Shown here piece after piece: positions 53,898 to 62,498 of a stretch of 64,000 nt of DNA. How positions within the stretch are numbered: the stretch's first letter is position 1; each line of letters begins with the position of its first letter. Where the stretch lies: assembly GCA_965221075.1 (NCBI GenBank), contig OZ244865.1, positions 33,123 to 97,122 on the forward strand. The letters run 5' to 3'. A model generated the notes under the pieces. That model worked only from the letters and a program-made list of their open reading frames with translations. It was not told the DNA's origin and ran no database searches. The stretch is from Limisphaerales bacterium (GTDB lineage Bacteria > Verrucomicrobiota > Verrucomicrobiia > Limisphaerales > AAA164-E04). The position numbers and the translations under genes were made by a program.

Positions 53898-55337
53898 ATG
53901 GGGACCTCCCCGATGAGATCCCTGCTGCCGATCCTCCTCTGCCTGCCGGGAGCGGTCCCGGCCCCTGCCGAAACGCCCAGCTTCGTGGTGATTCTCGCCG
54001 ACGACCTGGGCTACGGCGACATCGGCCCCTTCGGCTCCGCCATCAACCGGACGCCCGCCCTGGACCGGATGGCCCGGGAGGGCATGCGCCTGACCTCCTT
54101 CTACATGGCGGCGCCGGTTTGCACCCCGTCCCGCGCCGCCCTCATGACCGGCTGCTACCCCATGCGGGTGGGCCTGGCCCGGGGCTCCCGCCACGCGGTG
54201 CTCTTCCCCGGGGACCCCCACGGCCTGCACCCCCAGGAGATCACGGTCGCCGAGGCGCTGCGCGACGCGGGATACGCGACCGGCTGCTTCGGCAAGTGGC
54301 ACCTGGGAGACCAGCCGGGATTCCTCCCCGTCGACCAGGGATTCGACACCTGGCGCGGCATCCCCTACTCCAACGACATGTGGCCCCGGAACCGCAGCTG
54401 GCAGTTCCCTCCCCTCCCCCTGATGCGCGACCGGATGGTGGCCGCAACGGTGGACACCGGCCAGGAGCAGGCCGACCTGTGCCGGCGGTTCACCGAGGAG
54501 GCCGTCCGCTTCATCCGGCGGAACAGGGAGCGCCCCTTCTTCGCCTACCTTCCCCACGCCTTCGTGCACCATCCCCGCTTCGCCCGCCCCCGGTTCCTGG
54601 AGAGGGAGGGCGTTCCCGGGGACGAGACGCCGGAGCGGCGCGCCGCCCGCGCCCAGATCGAGGAGGTGGACTGGAGCGTCGGAGAGATCCTCCGCGCCCT
54701 GGAGGAATGCGGCCTCGCCTCGAAAACCCTGGTCCTGTTCGCCTCGGACAACGGAGGGGCCCGCGGCTGCGTCAACGCTCCCCTGCGCGGGGGCAAGGGG
54801 AGCACGTACGAAGGGGGCATGAGGGTCCCCGCCCTGGTCCGCTGGCCCGGCTCCGTCCCGGCGGGCTCCGAGTCCGGCGCCCTGCTCACCGCCATGGACA
54901 TACTCCCCACCTTCGTCTCCCTGGCGCGGGGGAAGCTCCCGGCCGGCCGCATCCTCGACGGGAGGGACGTCTCCGAGGTGCTTCGGGGCGGGGCATTCAG
55001 CGATCCGGCTCCCCGGACCTTCTACTACTACCGCCAGAAGCAGCTTCGGGCGGTGCGCCACGGCCCCTGGAAGCTCCATGCCGGCGGGGAGCTCTACCAC
55101 CTGGAGGAGGATGCCGGGGAGCAGCGTAACCGGGCCGCCGGAGAAGCACAGGTGGTCCGGCGGCTCCAGGCCCTGCTGGAGGCGGCCCGCAAGGACCTGG
55201 GCGACGGGGAGCTGGAGGGAAGCGGCGTCCGCCCCCCAGGCGTCCGCTCCCATTCCCGCACCCTGCTGCCCCGGGCCGGAGCCCGTGGAGAGGCCGCCTA
55301 CGCCCCCACCCTGAACCTGCCCCGCAGCGCCCGGTAG
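53898..55337 (+). CDS. Arylsulfatase-family sulfatase (formylglycine type)
   Basis: Signal ..MRSLLPILLCLPGAVPAPA. PSFVVILADDLGYGDIGPFGS; FGly motif APVCTPSRAALMTGCYP; ..GKWHLG..; ..SDNGG. Confidence 0.85.
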   Translation: MGTSPMRSLLPILLCLPGAVPAPAETPSFVVILADDLGYGDIGPFGSAINRTPALDRMAREGMRLTSFYMAAPVCTPSRAALMTGCYPMRVGLARGSRHAVLFPGDPHGLHPQEITVAEALRDAGYATGCFGKWHLGDQPGFLPVDQGFDTWRGIPYSNDMWPRNRSWQFPPLPLMRDRMVAATVDTGQEQADLCRRFTEEAVRFIRRNRERPFFAYLPHAFVHHPRFARPRFLEREGVPGDETPERRAARAQIEEVDWSVGEILRALEECGLASKTLVLFASDNGGARGCVNAPLRGGKGSTYEGGMRVPALVRWPGSVPAGSESGALLTAMDILPTFVSLARGKLPAGRILDGRDVSEVLRGGAFSDPAPRTFYYYRQKQLRAVRHGPWKLHAGGELYHLEEDAGEQRNRAAGEAQVVRRLQALLEAARKDLGDGELEGSGVRPPGVRSHSRTLLPRAGARGEAAYAPTLNLPRSAR

Positions 55338-55520
55338 TCCTTCCAGCAGCGAGGCTCTCCCGGCCGGATGGATCTTCCGGGCCCGGAGGGATCTTCCGGG
55401 CCCGGAGGGCGCCCTGAGGGCGTCGCGGCGGAAGCAGGAGGCCCCGGAATGCGGATTATGGCCTTGACCGGCGGAGGCCGGATCCTAGCCTTCCCGCGTC
55501 CCCCTTCCGTAGCACCTGCG

Positions 55521-57584
55521 ATGAAGACGCGCTGCCGGCTCCTCGGAGCCCTCCTGTTCCTGGCCTCCCTCCCTCTGGACGCCGCGGTGCTGGTCGAGCT
55601 GGACGCCACCGATCTTCCCGAGGGGCCGCTCCCGGTGTGGGCCAACACCGGCGAGCTGGAGGGGGACTTCGAGGCCAACCCGGAGCATGTCCCCTCGGTG
55701 ATCGTCGTGGACGGGGTGAAGGGAGTGGACTTCGACGGGGACAACGACTGGTACGTGGGCCCCTCGGCCTGGGAGCTCACTCCGGATGTCGCCCACACCG
55801 TGGAGGCATGGGTCCACAACCCGTCGATCGCCAACGAGGAGGCGGTGTTCGCCTGGGGCAGGCGGGGAGGCCCCGACGGCTCCAACGTGTCATTCAACCA
55901 CGGAGCCAGCGGCGCCTTCGGAGCGGTGGGGCACTGGGGATCCCCGGACATCGGCTGGGACGGCGCCCAGGTGGAGAACAGGTGGACCTACATCGCCTAC
56001 GCCTACGACTACGCGAATCCCACCACCCGGGTGTACTCCGACGGCGCGCTGGCCAATTTCGAGGAGATCGGCTTCCTGGCCACTCACGGCTTGGCCGACA
56101 ACGGCGACGAACTGCCCTTCCGGGTGGGCGCCCAGAACCTGGCCGACGGTTCCGCCGACAACGGGCGCTTCGCCTCGATGACCATCGCCCGCATCCGGGT
56201 GCACAACGTGACCCTCTCGGACGAGGAGATCGAGGAGCGGTACAACGCCGAGGCCGAGGAGTTCGGCCTCCTCACCAGGGGCGACTCGGACAACGACGGG
56301 ATCCCCAACAACGTCGAGTCCCAGTACGGATTCCTCGATCCGGACGATCCCTCCGACGCCGGGGCCGACCAGGACGGCGACGGGCTGACCAACCTCGAGG
56401 AGTACCGGGCGGGACTGGACATGGAGCTGGCCGACGGGGACTACGACGGGCTCGGCGACAAGCAGGAGCTCGACCAGGGCAGCGATCCCCTCGTGGCCGA
56501 CACCGACCAGGACGGCCTGCTCGACGGGGCCGAAGCCGGCCACGGCACCGGCTTCGGCGATCCCGACTCGGACGGGGACGGCTACCTGGACGGGCAGGAG
56601 GTCTTCCGGGGATCCGATCCCGGCTCGGAATCGAGCACGCCCGGCTTCGATCAGGTGGTCGCCATCGTCGATCTCGACGCCGGAACGCTGGAGGCGGGCC
56701 CGGTCGAGATCTGGGAGAACGACGGAGCGATGGGAGGGGTGTTCTACTCCGAGGCGGCGGCCGCCGAGCTGGGAGCCGCCGGCGGCGTGCCCGGAGTGGT
56801 GTTCGCCGGCGGGAGCTGGTATGTCGGGCCCCCGGCCCCCCTGTTCGTCGCCGAGGACAGCTCGCGCTCCATCGACGCCTGGATATGGAACCCCGAGATC
56901 GCCAGCGAGGAGACCATCTTCGCCTGGGGCCGCCGGGGCGGGCCGGAGGGCACCAACGTGTCCTTCATGCACGGCACCCACGACGCCTTCGGCGCGGTGG
57001 GCCACTGGGGCAACGACGCCGATGTGGGCTGGCACCCCGATCTGACCGCCGGCGACGCGGGGGAGCCGGGGGAGGAAGTGGCCGGGGCCTGGACCCATGT
57101 GGCCTACACCTACGACTGGCAGGCGAACGAGACCTGCGTCTACACCGACGGGCAGCTGACCAAGTGCGAGGCCCACGACGTGGAAGTCTCCGCCCATGCC
57201 TCGGATCCCAGCGGCAATCCGCTTCCCTTCGTTCTGGCCAACCAGAACGAGGGCGGCGGCGGGCGGACCCCGGCCCTGGCCGCCACCATGACCATCGGAC
57301 GGGTGCGGGTCTACGACACCCCCCTCACGGCCGGCTACATCGCCGGCCTCTACGACCGGGAGAAGGCCTCCTACGAATCCCGCCTGGGAGTGGCGCTGGC
57401 CGTCTCCAGGGAGGGCGAGGACATCGTTCTCTCCTGGCCCGCCGGGGGAGTCTCGTGGAACGTCGAGGTGTCCTCCGACCTGGCCGCCTGGACCCGGCTG
57501 CAGGAAGGCAACGCCTCGGGCTCCTACACCGACGCCAGTCCTTTCGGCGAGAACGCGACGCGCTTCTACCGCGTCGTCCCGTAG
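55521..57584 (+). CDS. Secreted protein with two LamG/concanavalin-like domains separated by thrombospondin type-3-like Asp-rich repeats
   Basis: Signal MKTRCRLLGALLFLASLPLDA. Two copies of ..VEAW(V/I)(H/W)NP.IA.EE..FAWGRRGGP.G(S/T)NVSF.HG...FGAVGHWG... Middle region DSDNDGIPNN..DQDGDGLTNLEEY..DTDQDGLLDG..DSDGDGYLDGQE. Confidence 0.75.
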   Translation: MKTRCRLLGALLFLASLPLDAAVLVELDATDLPEGPLPVWANTGELEGDFEANPEHVPSVIVVDGVKGVDFDGDNDWYVGPSAWELTPDVAHTVEAWVHNPSIANEEAVFAWGRRGGPDGSNVSFNHGASGAFGAVGHWGSPDIGWDGAQVENRWTYIAYAYDYANPTTRVYSDGALANFEEIGFLATHGLADNGDELPFRVGAQNLADGSADNGRFASMTIARIRVHNVTLSDEEIEERYNAEAEEFGLLTRGDSDNDGIPNNVESQYGFLDPDDPSDAGADQDGDGLTNLEEYRAGLDMELADGDYDGLGDKQELDQGSDPLVADTDQDGLLDGAEAGHGTGFGDPDSDGDGYLDGQEVFRGSDPGSESSTPGFDQVVAIVDLDAGTLEAGPVEIWENDGAMGGVFYSEAAAAELGAAGGVPGVVFAGGSWYVGPPAPLFVAEDSSRSIDAWIWNPEIASEETIFAWGRRGGPEGTNVSFMHGTHDAFGAVGHWGNDADVGWHPDLTAGDAGEPGEEVAGAWTHVAYTYDWQANETCVYTDGQLTKCEAHDVEVSAHASDPSGNPLPFVLANQNEGGGGRTPALAATMTIGRVRVYDTPLTAGYIAGLYDREKASYESRLGVALAVSREGEDIVLSWPAGGVSWNVEVSSDLAAWTRLQEGNASGSYTDASPFGENATRFYRVVP

Positions 57585-57825
57585 CTCCCGGCATTCCGCT
57601 CCGGCAGGGGGAAGGGCCGGCGGCTCCAGGCATTGCTGGAGACGAGCGGCTTCCGTCCGGCCTCCCGGCAGGATGGCTTGAAGGGCGGATCTCCCGGGCC
57701 CGGGCCGGGCGGAGAACCGCATGCGTCTTGGCGGCGGCGGGATTGCCCGGAACGCGGCTTTTCGGCTTGATCTGCGGAGGCGGGGCCCTAGCCTTGCGCC
57801 GAGTACCCCTTCTGTAGTACCTGCC

Positions 57826-58779
57826 ATGAAGACGTTACGCTGGCTCCTCGGAGCCCCCCTGTTCCTGGCCTCTCTCCCCCTGGACGCCGCGGTGCTGGTC
57901 AGGCTGGACGCCACCGATCTCCCCGAGGGGCCGCTCGAGATCTGGGAGAACACCGGCGAGCAGGAAGGGGACTTCGAGGCCAACCCGGACCATGTCCCCT
58001 CGGTGATCACCGTGGACGGGGTCAAGGGAGTGGACTTCGACGGGGACAACGACTGGTACGTGGGCCCGACGGCCTGGAAAGTCGCCGCGGATGTCGCACG
58101 CTCCGTGGAGGCCTGGGTCCACAACCCGTCCTTCGTCGGCGAGGAGACGGTGTTCGCCTGGGGCAGGAGGGGAGGCCCCGAAGGCACCAACGTGGCCTTC
58201 AACCATGGAAACCATGCCGGTTTCGGCGCGGTGGGCCACTGGGGATCCCCCGACATCGGCTGGGGCGGCACCCAGGTGGAGAACCAGTGGACCTACATCG
58301 TCTACACCTACGACTCCGAGAATCCCACCACCCGGGTGTACACCGACGGAGCGCTGGCCAATTCGGAGGAGATCAACGCCCTGGCCACGCACGAGTATGA
58401 CAACAACGACGAGGAACTGCCCTTCCGGATAGGAGCCCAGAACCTGGCCGACGGCTCCGCCGACAACGGGCGCTTCGCCTCGTTGACCATCGCCCGCATC
58501 CGGGTGCACGACGCCACCCTCTCGGACGAGGAGATCGCCACCGCCTACGAGCAGGAGAAGGAATTCTTCACGCCCCCCGCGGCCGTGGAGCTGTCCATCG
58601 CCATGGAGGGCGAGGACATCGTGCTCTCCTGGCCCGCCGGGGGAAGCACGTGGAACGTGGAGGTGTCCTCCGACCTGGCCGCCTGGACCCGGCTGCAGGA
58701 AGGCAACGCCTCGGGCTCCTACACCGACTCGAGTCCGTTCGGCGAGAACGCGGCGCGCTTCTACCGCGTCGTCCCGTAG
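57826..58779 (+). CDS. Secreted single-LamG paralog of the preceding gene
   Basis: Signal MKTLRWLLGAPLFLASLPLDA. About 75 percent identical to the first LamG domain of 55521..57584. The last ~60 aa (..GEDIVLSWPAGG..WNVEVSSDLAAWTRLQEGNASGSYTD.SPFGENA.RFYRVVP) are near-identical at nucleotide level. Confidence 0.75.
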   Translation: MKTLRWLLGAPLFLASLPLDAAVLVRLDATDLPEGPLEIWENTGEQEGDFEANPDHVPSVITVDGVKGVDFDGDNDWYVGPTAWKVAADVARSVEAWVHNPSFVGEETVFAWGRRGGPEGTNVAFNHGNHAGFGAVGHWGSPDIGWGGTQVENQWTYIVYTYDSENPTTRVYTDGALANSEEINALATHEYDNNDEELPFRIGAQNLADGSADNGRFASLTIARIRVHDATLSDEEIATAYEQEKEFFTPPAAVELSIAMEGEDIVLSWPAGGSTWNVEVSSDLAAWTRLQEGNASGSYTDSSPFGENAARFYRVVP

Positions 58780-58835
58780 CTCCCCTCGTCCGCTCCGCCA
58801 GGGGGGAGGGAAGGACCGGCGTCCCGTCCCTTCCC

Positions 58836-61800
58836 ATGCGATCGATGGATATCCGCCGGAGGATCCTCCCTGCGGCTCTGGCCGCGGCGGCCCTTTCCCT
58901 CCTGCCGGGCCAGTGCCGGGCCGGCGGCCAGCTGGAGAAGGTGCGCGATCTGGCCGATCGTCCCCGGCTTGGCGGGGCCGCCTTCCGGCTGCACGCCCCC
59001 GAGGAGACCGGGGTGGACCATGTCCTCCCGATCGACACCTCCCACCGGCTCAAGCGGCTCTACACCAGCGCCTACGCCTGCGGAGGGGTGGGCATCGCCG
59101 ACTTCGACGGCGACGGGCGCCTCGACCTGTTCTTCGCCAGCGGCCCCGGCCCCAACCGGCTCTATCTCCAGGCCGGTCCCTGGAGGTTCGAGGAGGGGAC
59201 CGAGGCGGCCGGGGTGGACGGAGGCGGGAGCTGGTCGGCCGGGGTGGCGGTGGTGGACATCGACGCCGATGGAGATCCCGACATCTACGTCTGCAACTAC
59301 GAGAGCCCCAACCAGCTCTTCGTCAACCTGGGCGGCGGACGCTTCGCCGAGCGGGCCCGGGACTTCGGCCTGGACCTCTCCGGCGCCTGGCTGATGGCCG
59401 GGTTCGCCGACTACGACCGGGACGGGGACCTCGACGTCCACCTGCTCGGGCACCGCTTCTACCGGGAGGGGGGCCGCCCGGAGGAGGCCCCCTCGCTGAT
59501 CAAGGACGGCAGGCCCGTGATCCTCCCGGAATACGAGCGCTACTACCGGGTGGACGCCAGGGGCGGCGGACGCTACGAGGTCAACAACTGCGGGGCGGCC
59601 GACATGCTGCTGCGCAACGACGGCCGCCCCGGCGCCCCCCGCTACTCCGACGTCACCGTGGAGGCCGGAATCGAGCCCGGCCGCTGGCAGGGCAACTCGG
59701 CGCTGTGGTTCGACTACGACCGTGACGGCTGGCCCGACCTCTACGTGGCCAGCGACTTCGAGGATCCCGACCGCCTCTACCGCAACAACCGCAACGGGAC
59801 CTTCAGCGACGTGACCAGGCAGGCCCTGGCCCACACCACCTGGTTCTCCATGGGCACCGACATCGCCGACATCGACAACGACGGCTGGATCGACCTGCTC
59901 TCCCTCGACATGGCCGGCACCTCCCACTACAAGTCCAAGACCACCATGGGGGCCATGGGGGCCAGCCGGCACTTCATGCTCACCGCCGATCCCCCGCAGC
60001 ACATGCGCAACTGCCTCTACCGGAACACCGGGACCGGCCGCTTCGTGGACGTCGCCTTCATGGCCGGGCTGGCCTACTCCGACTGGTCCTGGACCGCCAA
60101 GTTCGCCGACTTCGACGAGGACGGCCTGGCCGACCTGTTCGTCTCCAACGGGGTGACCCGCAGCTTCAACGACTCCGACCACCCGCTCGACATCTCCCGG
60201 CTGGTGGGCGGCACCGAATGGGATCTCTACGAGAGCCTCCCCCCCCGCCGCGAGCGGAACCTGGCCTTCCGCAACCTGGGCGATCTGGCCTTCGAGGAGA
60301 CCTCCCGCAGCTGGGGCCTGGACCTGGACTCCATGAGCTACGGCGCGGCCGCCGGGGATCTGGACGGCGACGGCGATCTGGATCTGGTGGTGGCCAACCT
60401 GGAGGACGAGCCCTTCCTCCACGAGAACCTGGTCTCGGGCCGCTCGAGGCTGGCGCTCGAGCTGGTGGGCGCCGGATTCAACCCCGGGGCGCTGGGCGCC
60501 ACCGTGACGGTGCGCTCCGCCCTGGGCCTGCAGACCCGCCAGGCGCATCCCTCCCGCGGCTTCCTCTCCAGCGACGCCCCGGCGATCCACTTCGGGCTGG
60601 GGGAGGAGAGCCGTGCGGCCGAGATCGCCGTCCTCTGGCCCGACGGCAGCCGCGATTCCTGGACCGATGTCCCGGCCAACGCCCTGTGGCGGATCCGCCA
60701 GGGCGGGGAGGGATCCCGCCCCGCTCCGCCCGCTCCCCCCGTCCGGACCCTCTACCACGCCTCCCGGGCCCTGCCTCCGTGGCGGCACTGGGAGGAGCCC
60801 TTCGACGACTTCAAGCTCCAGCCCCTGCTCCCCAGCCGCCTCTCCCGGCTGGGGCCGGGCCTGGCCAGCGCCGACATCGACGGCGACGGGGACATCGACC
60901 ACTTCGTGGGCAACGGGGTCGGCCAGCCCGGCCGCCTGCTGGTCCTCCAGGAGGGAGGGCGCTACCAGGCCCGGGCTTTTCCTCACCATCCCGGGCGAGA
61001 GGACATGGGGGCCCTCTTCCTGGACGCGGACCGGGACGGGGATCCCGACCTCTACGTGGCCAGCGGCTCCAACGAGTTCCCTCCCGGCGATCCCCGATAC
61101 CTCGACCGCCTCTACCTCAACGACGGCAGCGGCGGATTCCGGCCCGCTCCCGAGGGAGCCCTTCCCGGCGACCGCTTCAGCAGCGGCCCGGTGGCCGCCG
61201 CCGACTTCGACCGGGACGGCGACCTGGACCTGGTGGTCGGCGGCCGATCCCTCCCGGGCCGCTTCCCCCAGGCCGCCTCCAGCCGCCTCTACCGCAACGA
61301 GGGGCGGCCGGGCGCCCCGGCCTTCGCCGACGCCACCCGGGAGGCGGCCCCGATGCTGGAGGAAGCGGGCCTGGTCACCGGAGCCCTCTGGTCCGACGCC
61401 GACGGCGACGGCTGGCCCGATCTGCTGCTCTCCCTGGAGTGGGGGCCGGTGCGCCTCCTGCTCAACCGGAAGGGGAAGCTCGAGGAGGCCACCCGGGCCT
61501 CGGGCCTGGCCGCGCGCCAGGGCTGGTGGACCGGGATCCAGGGAGGCGATCTGGACCGCGACGGCGACATCGACTACGTGGCCACCAACTTCGGCCTCAA
61601 CACCAAGTACAAGGCCAGCGCCGAGGCTCCCGAGGTCCTCTACTACGGACGCTTCGGCGGCCAGCAGGAGCCCCGGATCATCGAGGCCTGCCTGGAGGAC
61701 GGGAAGCTCTTCCCCCACCGGGGCTTCAGCTGCTCCAGCTCGGCCATCCCCTCCCTGGGGCCCCGGCTGGGCTCCTACCACCGCTTCGCCCTGGCCACCC

Positions 61801-62498
61801 TCCCCGAGCTCTACAGCGAGGAGCGCCTGGCCCGGGCGGACCGCTACAGCGCCGACACCCTGGAGAGCGGGGTGTGGATCAACGACGGATCGGCCCGCTT
61901 CCGCTGGAGCCCCCTGCCCCGCGCCGCCCAGACCGCCCCCTCGTTCGGATCGGCGCTTGTCGACGCCGACGCCGACGGGCGCCTCGATCTCTACCTGGTC
62001 CAGAACTTCTTCGGCCCCCAGATCGAGACCCGCCCGATGGACGGCGGCCTGAGCCTGCTCCTCGAGGGAGACGGGACGGGCCGCTTCGATCCGGTCCCGG
62101 CCCGCCGCAGCGGCCTGATCGCCCCCGGCGACTCCAAGAGCCTGGTGGTGCTCGACGCCAACCAGGATCTCCGCCCCGACTTCCTGGTGGGGGTCAACGA
62201 CGCCCCGCTGCTGCTCTTCGAGCGCGACGGCGGCCAGGAGGGCCGGTGGATCTCCGTCCGGCTGGAGGGCCCCCCGGGCAACCCCACGGGGGTGGGCGCC
62301 CGCCTCGCCCTGCTCACCGATCCCCCCCAGATCCGGGAGATCGCCGCCGGCGGCGGCTACCTCTCCCAGTCCCCGGCCCAGGCCTGGTTCGCCCGCCCTC
62401 CGGACGGAACGTCCCTGGAGGTCCGCTGGCCCGACGGCCTCGTGCGGATCCATCCCCTGCCTCCCGGCCGGGACCGGATCGTCCTCTCCCGGCCATGA
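58836..62498 (+). CDS. Large secreted FG-GAP/VCBS-repeat protein with two ASPIC/UnbV-like modules (CRTAC1-family-like)
   Basis: Signal-like MRSMDIRRRILPAALAAAALSLLPG. Many FG-GAP motifs (DFDGDGRLDLFF, DIDADGDPDIYV, DYDRDGDLDV, DIDNDGWIDLL, DLDGDGDLDLVV..). ASPIC-like ALGATVTV..GFLSSDAPAIHFGLG and GVGARLAL..GGGYLSQSPAQAWF. Confidence 0.8.
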   Translation: MRSMDIRRRILPAALAAAALSLLPGQCRAGGQLEKVRDLADRPRLGGAAFRLHAPEETGVDHVLPIDTSHRLKRLYTSAYACGGVGIADFDGDGRLDLFFASGPGPNRLYLQAGPWRFEEGTEAAGVDGGGSWSAGVAVVDIDADGDPDIYVCNYESPNQLFVNLGGGRFAERARDFGLDLSGAWLMAGFADYDRDGDLDVHLLGHRFYREGGRPEEAPSLIKDGRPVILPEYERYYRVDARGGGRYEVNNCGAADMLLRNDGRPGAPRYSDVTVEAGIEPGRWQGNSALWFDYDRDGWPDLYVASDFEDPDRLYRNNRNGTFSDVTRQALAHTTWFSMGTDIADIDNDGWIDLLSLDMAGTSHYKSKTTMGAMGASRHFMLTADPPQHMRNCLYRNTGTGRFVDVAFMAGLAYSDWSWTAKFADFDEDGLADLFVSNGVTRSFNDSDHPLDISRLVGGTEWDLYESLPPRRERNLAFRNLGDLAFEETSRSWGLDLDSMSYGAAAGDLDGDGDLDLVVANLEDEPFLHENLVSGRSRLALELVGAGFNPGALGATVTVRSALGLQTRQAHPSRGFLSSDAPAIHFGLGEESRAAEIAVLWPDGSRDSWTDVPANALWRIRQGGEGSRPAPPAPPVRTLYHASRALPPWRHWEEPFDDFKLQPLLPSRLSRLGPGLASADIDGDGDIDHFVGNGVGQPGRLLVLQEGGRYQARAFPHHPGREDMGALFLDADRDGDPDLYVASGSNEFPPGDPRYLDRLYLNDGSGGFRPAPEGALPGDRFSSGPVAAADFDRDGDLDLVVGGRSLPGRFPQAASSRLYRNEGRPGAPAFADATREAAPMLEEAGLVTGALWSDADGDGWPDLLLSLEWGPVRLLLNRKGKLEEATRASGLAARQGWWTGIQGGDLDRDGDIDYVATNFGLNTKYKASAEAPEVLYYGRFGGQQEPRIIEACLEDGKLFPHRGFSCSSSAIPSLGPRLGSYHRFALATLPELYSEERLARADRYSADTLESGVWINDGSARFRWSPLPRAAQTAPSFGSALVDADADGRLDLYLVQNFFGPQIETRPMDGGLSLLLEGDGTGRFDPVPARRSGLIAPGDSKSLVVLDANQDLRPDFLVGVNDAPLLLFERDGGQEGRWISVRLEGPPGNPTGVGARLALLTDPPQIREIAAGGGYLSQSPAQAWFARPPDGTSLEVRWPDGLVRIHPLPPGRDRIVLSRP

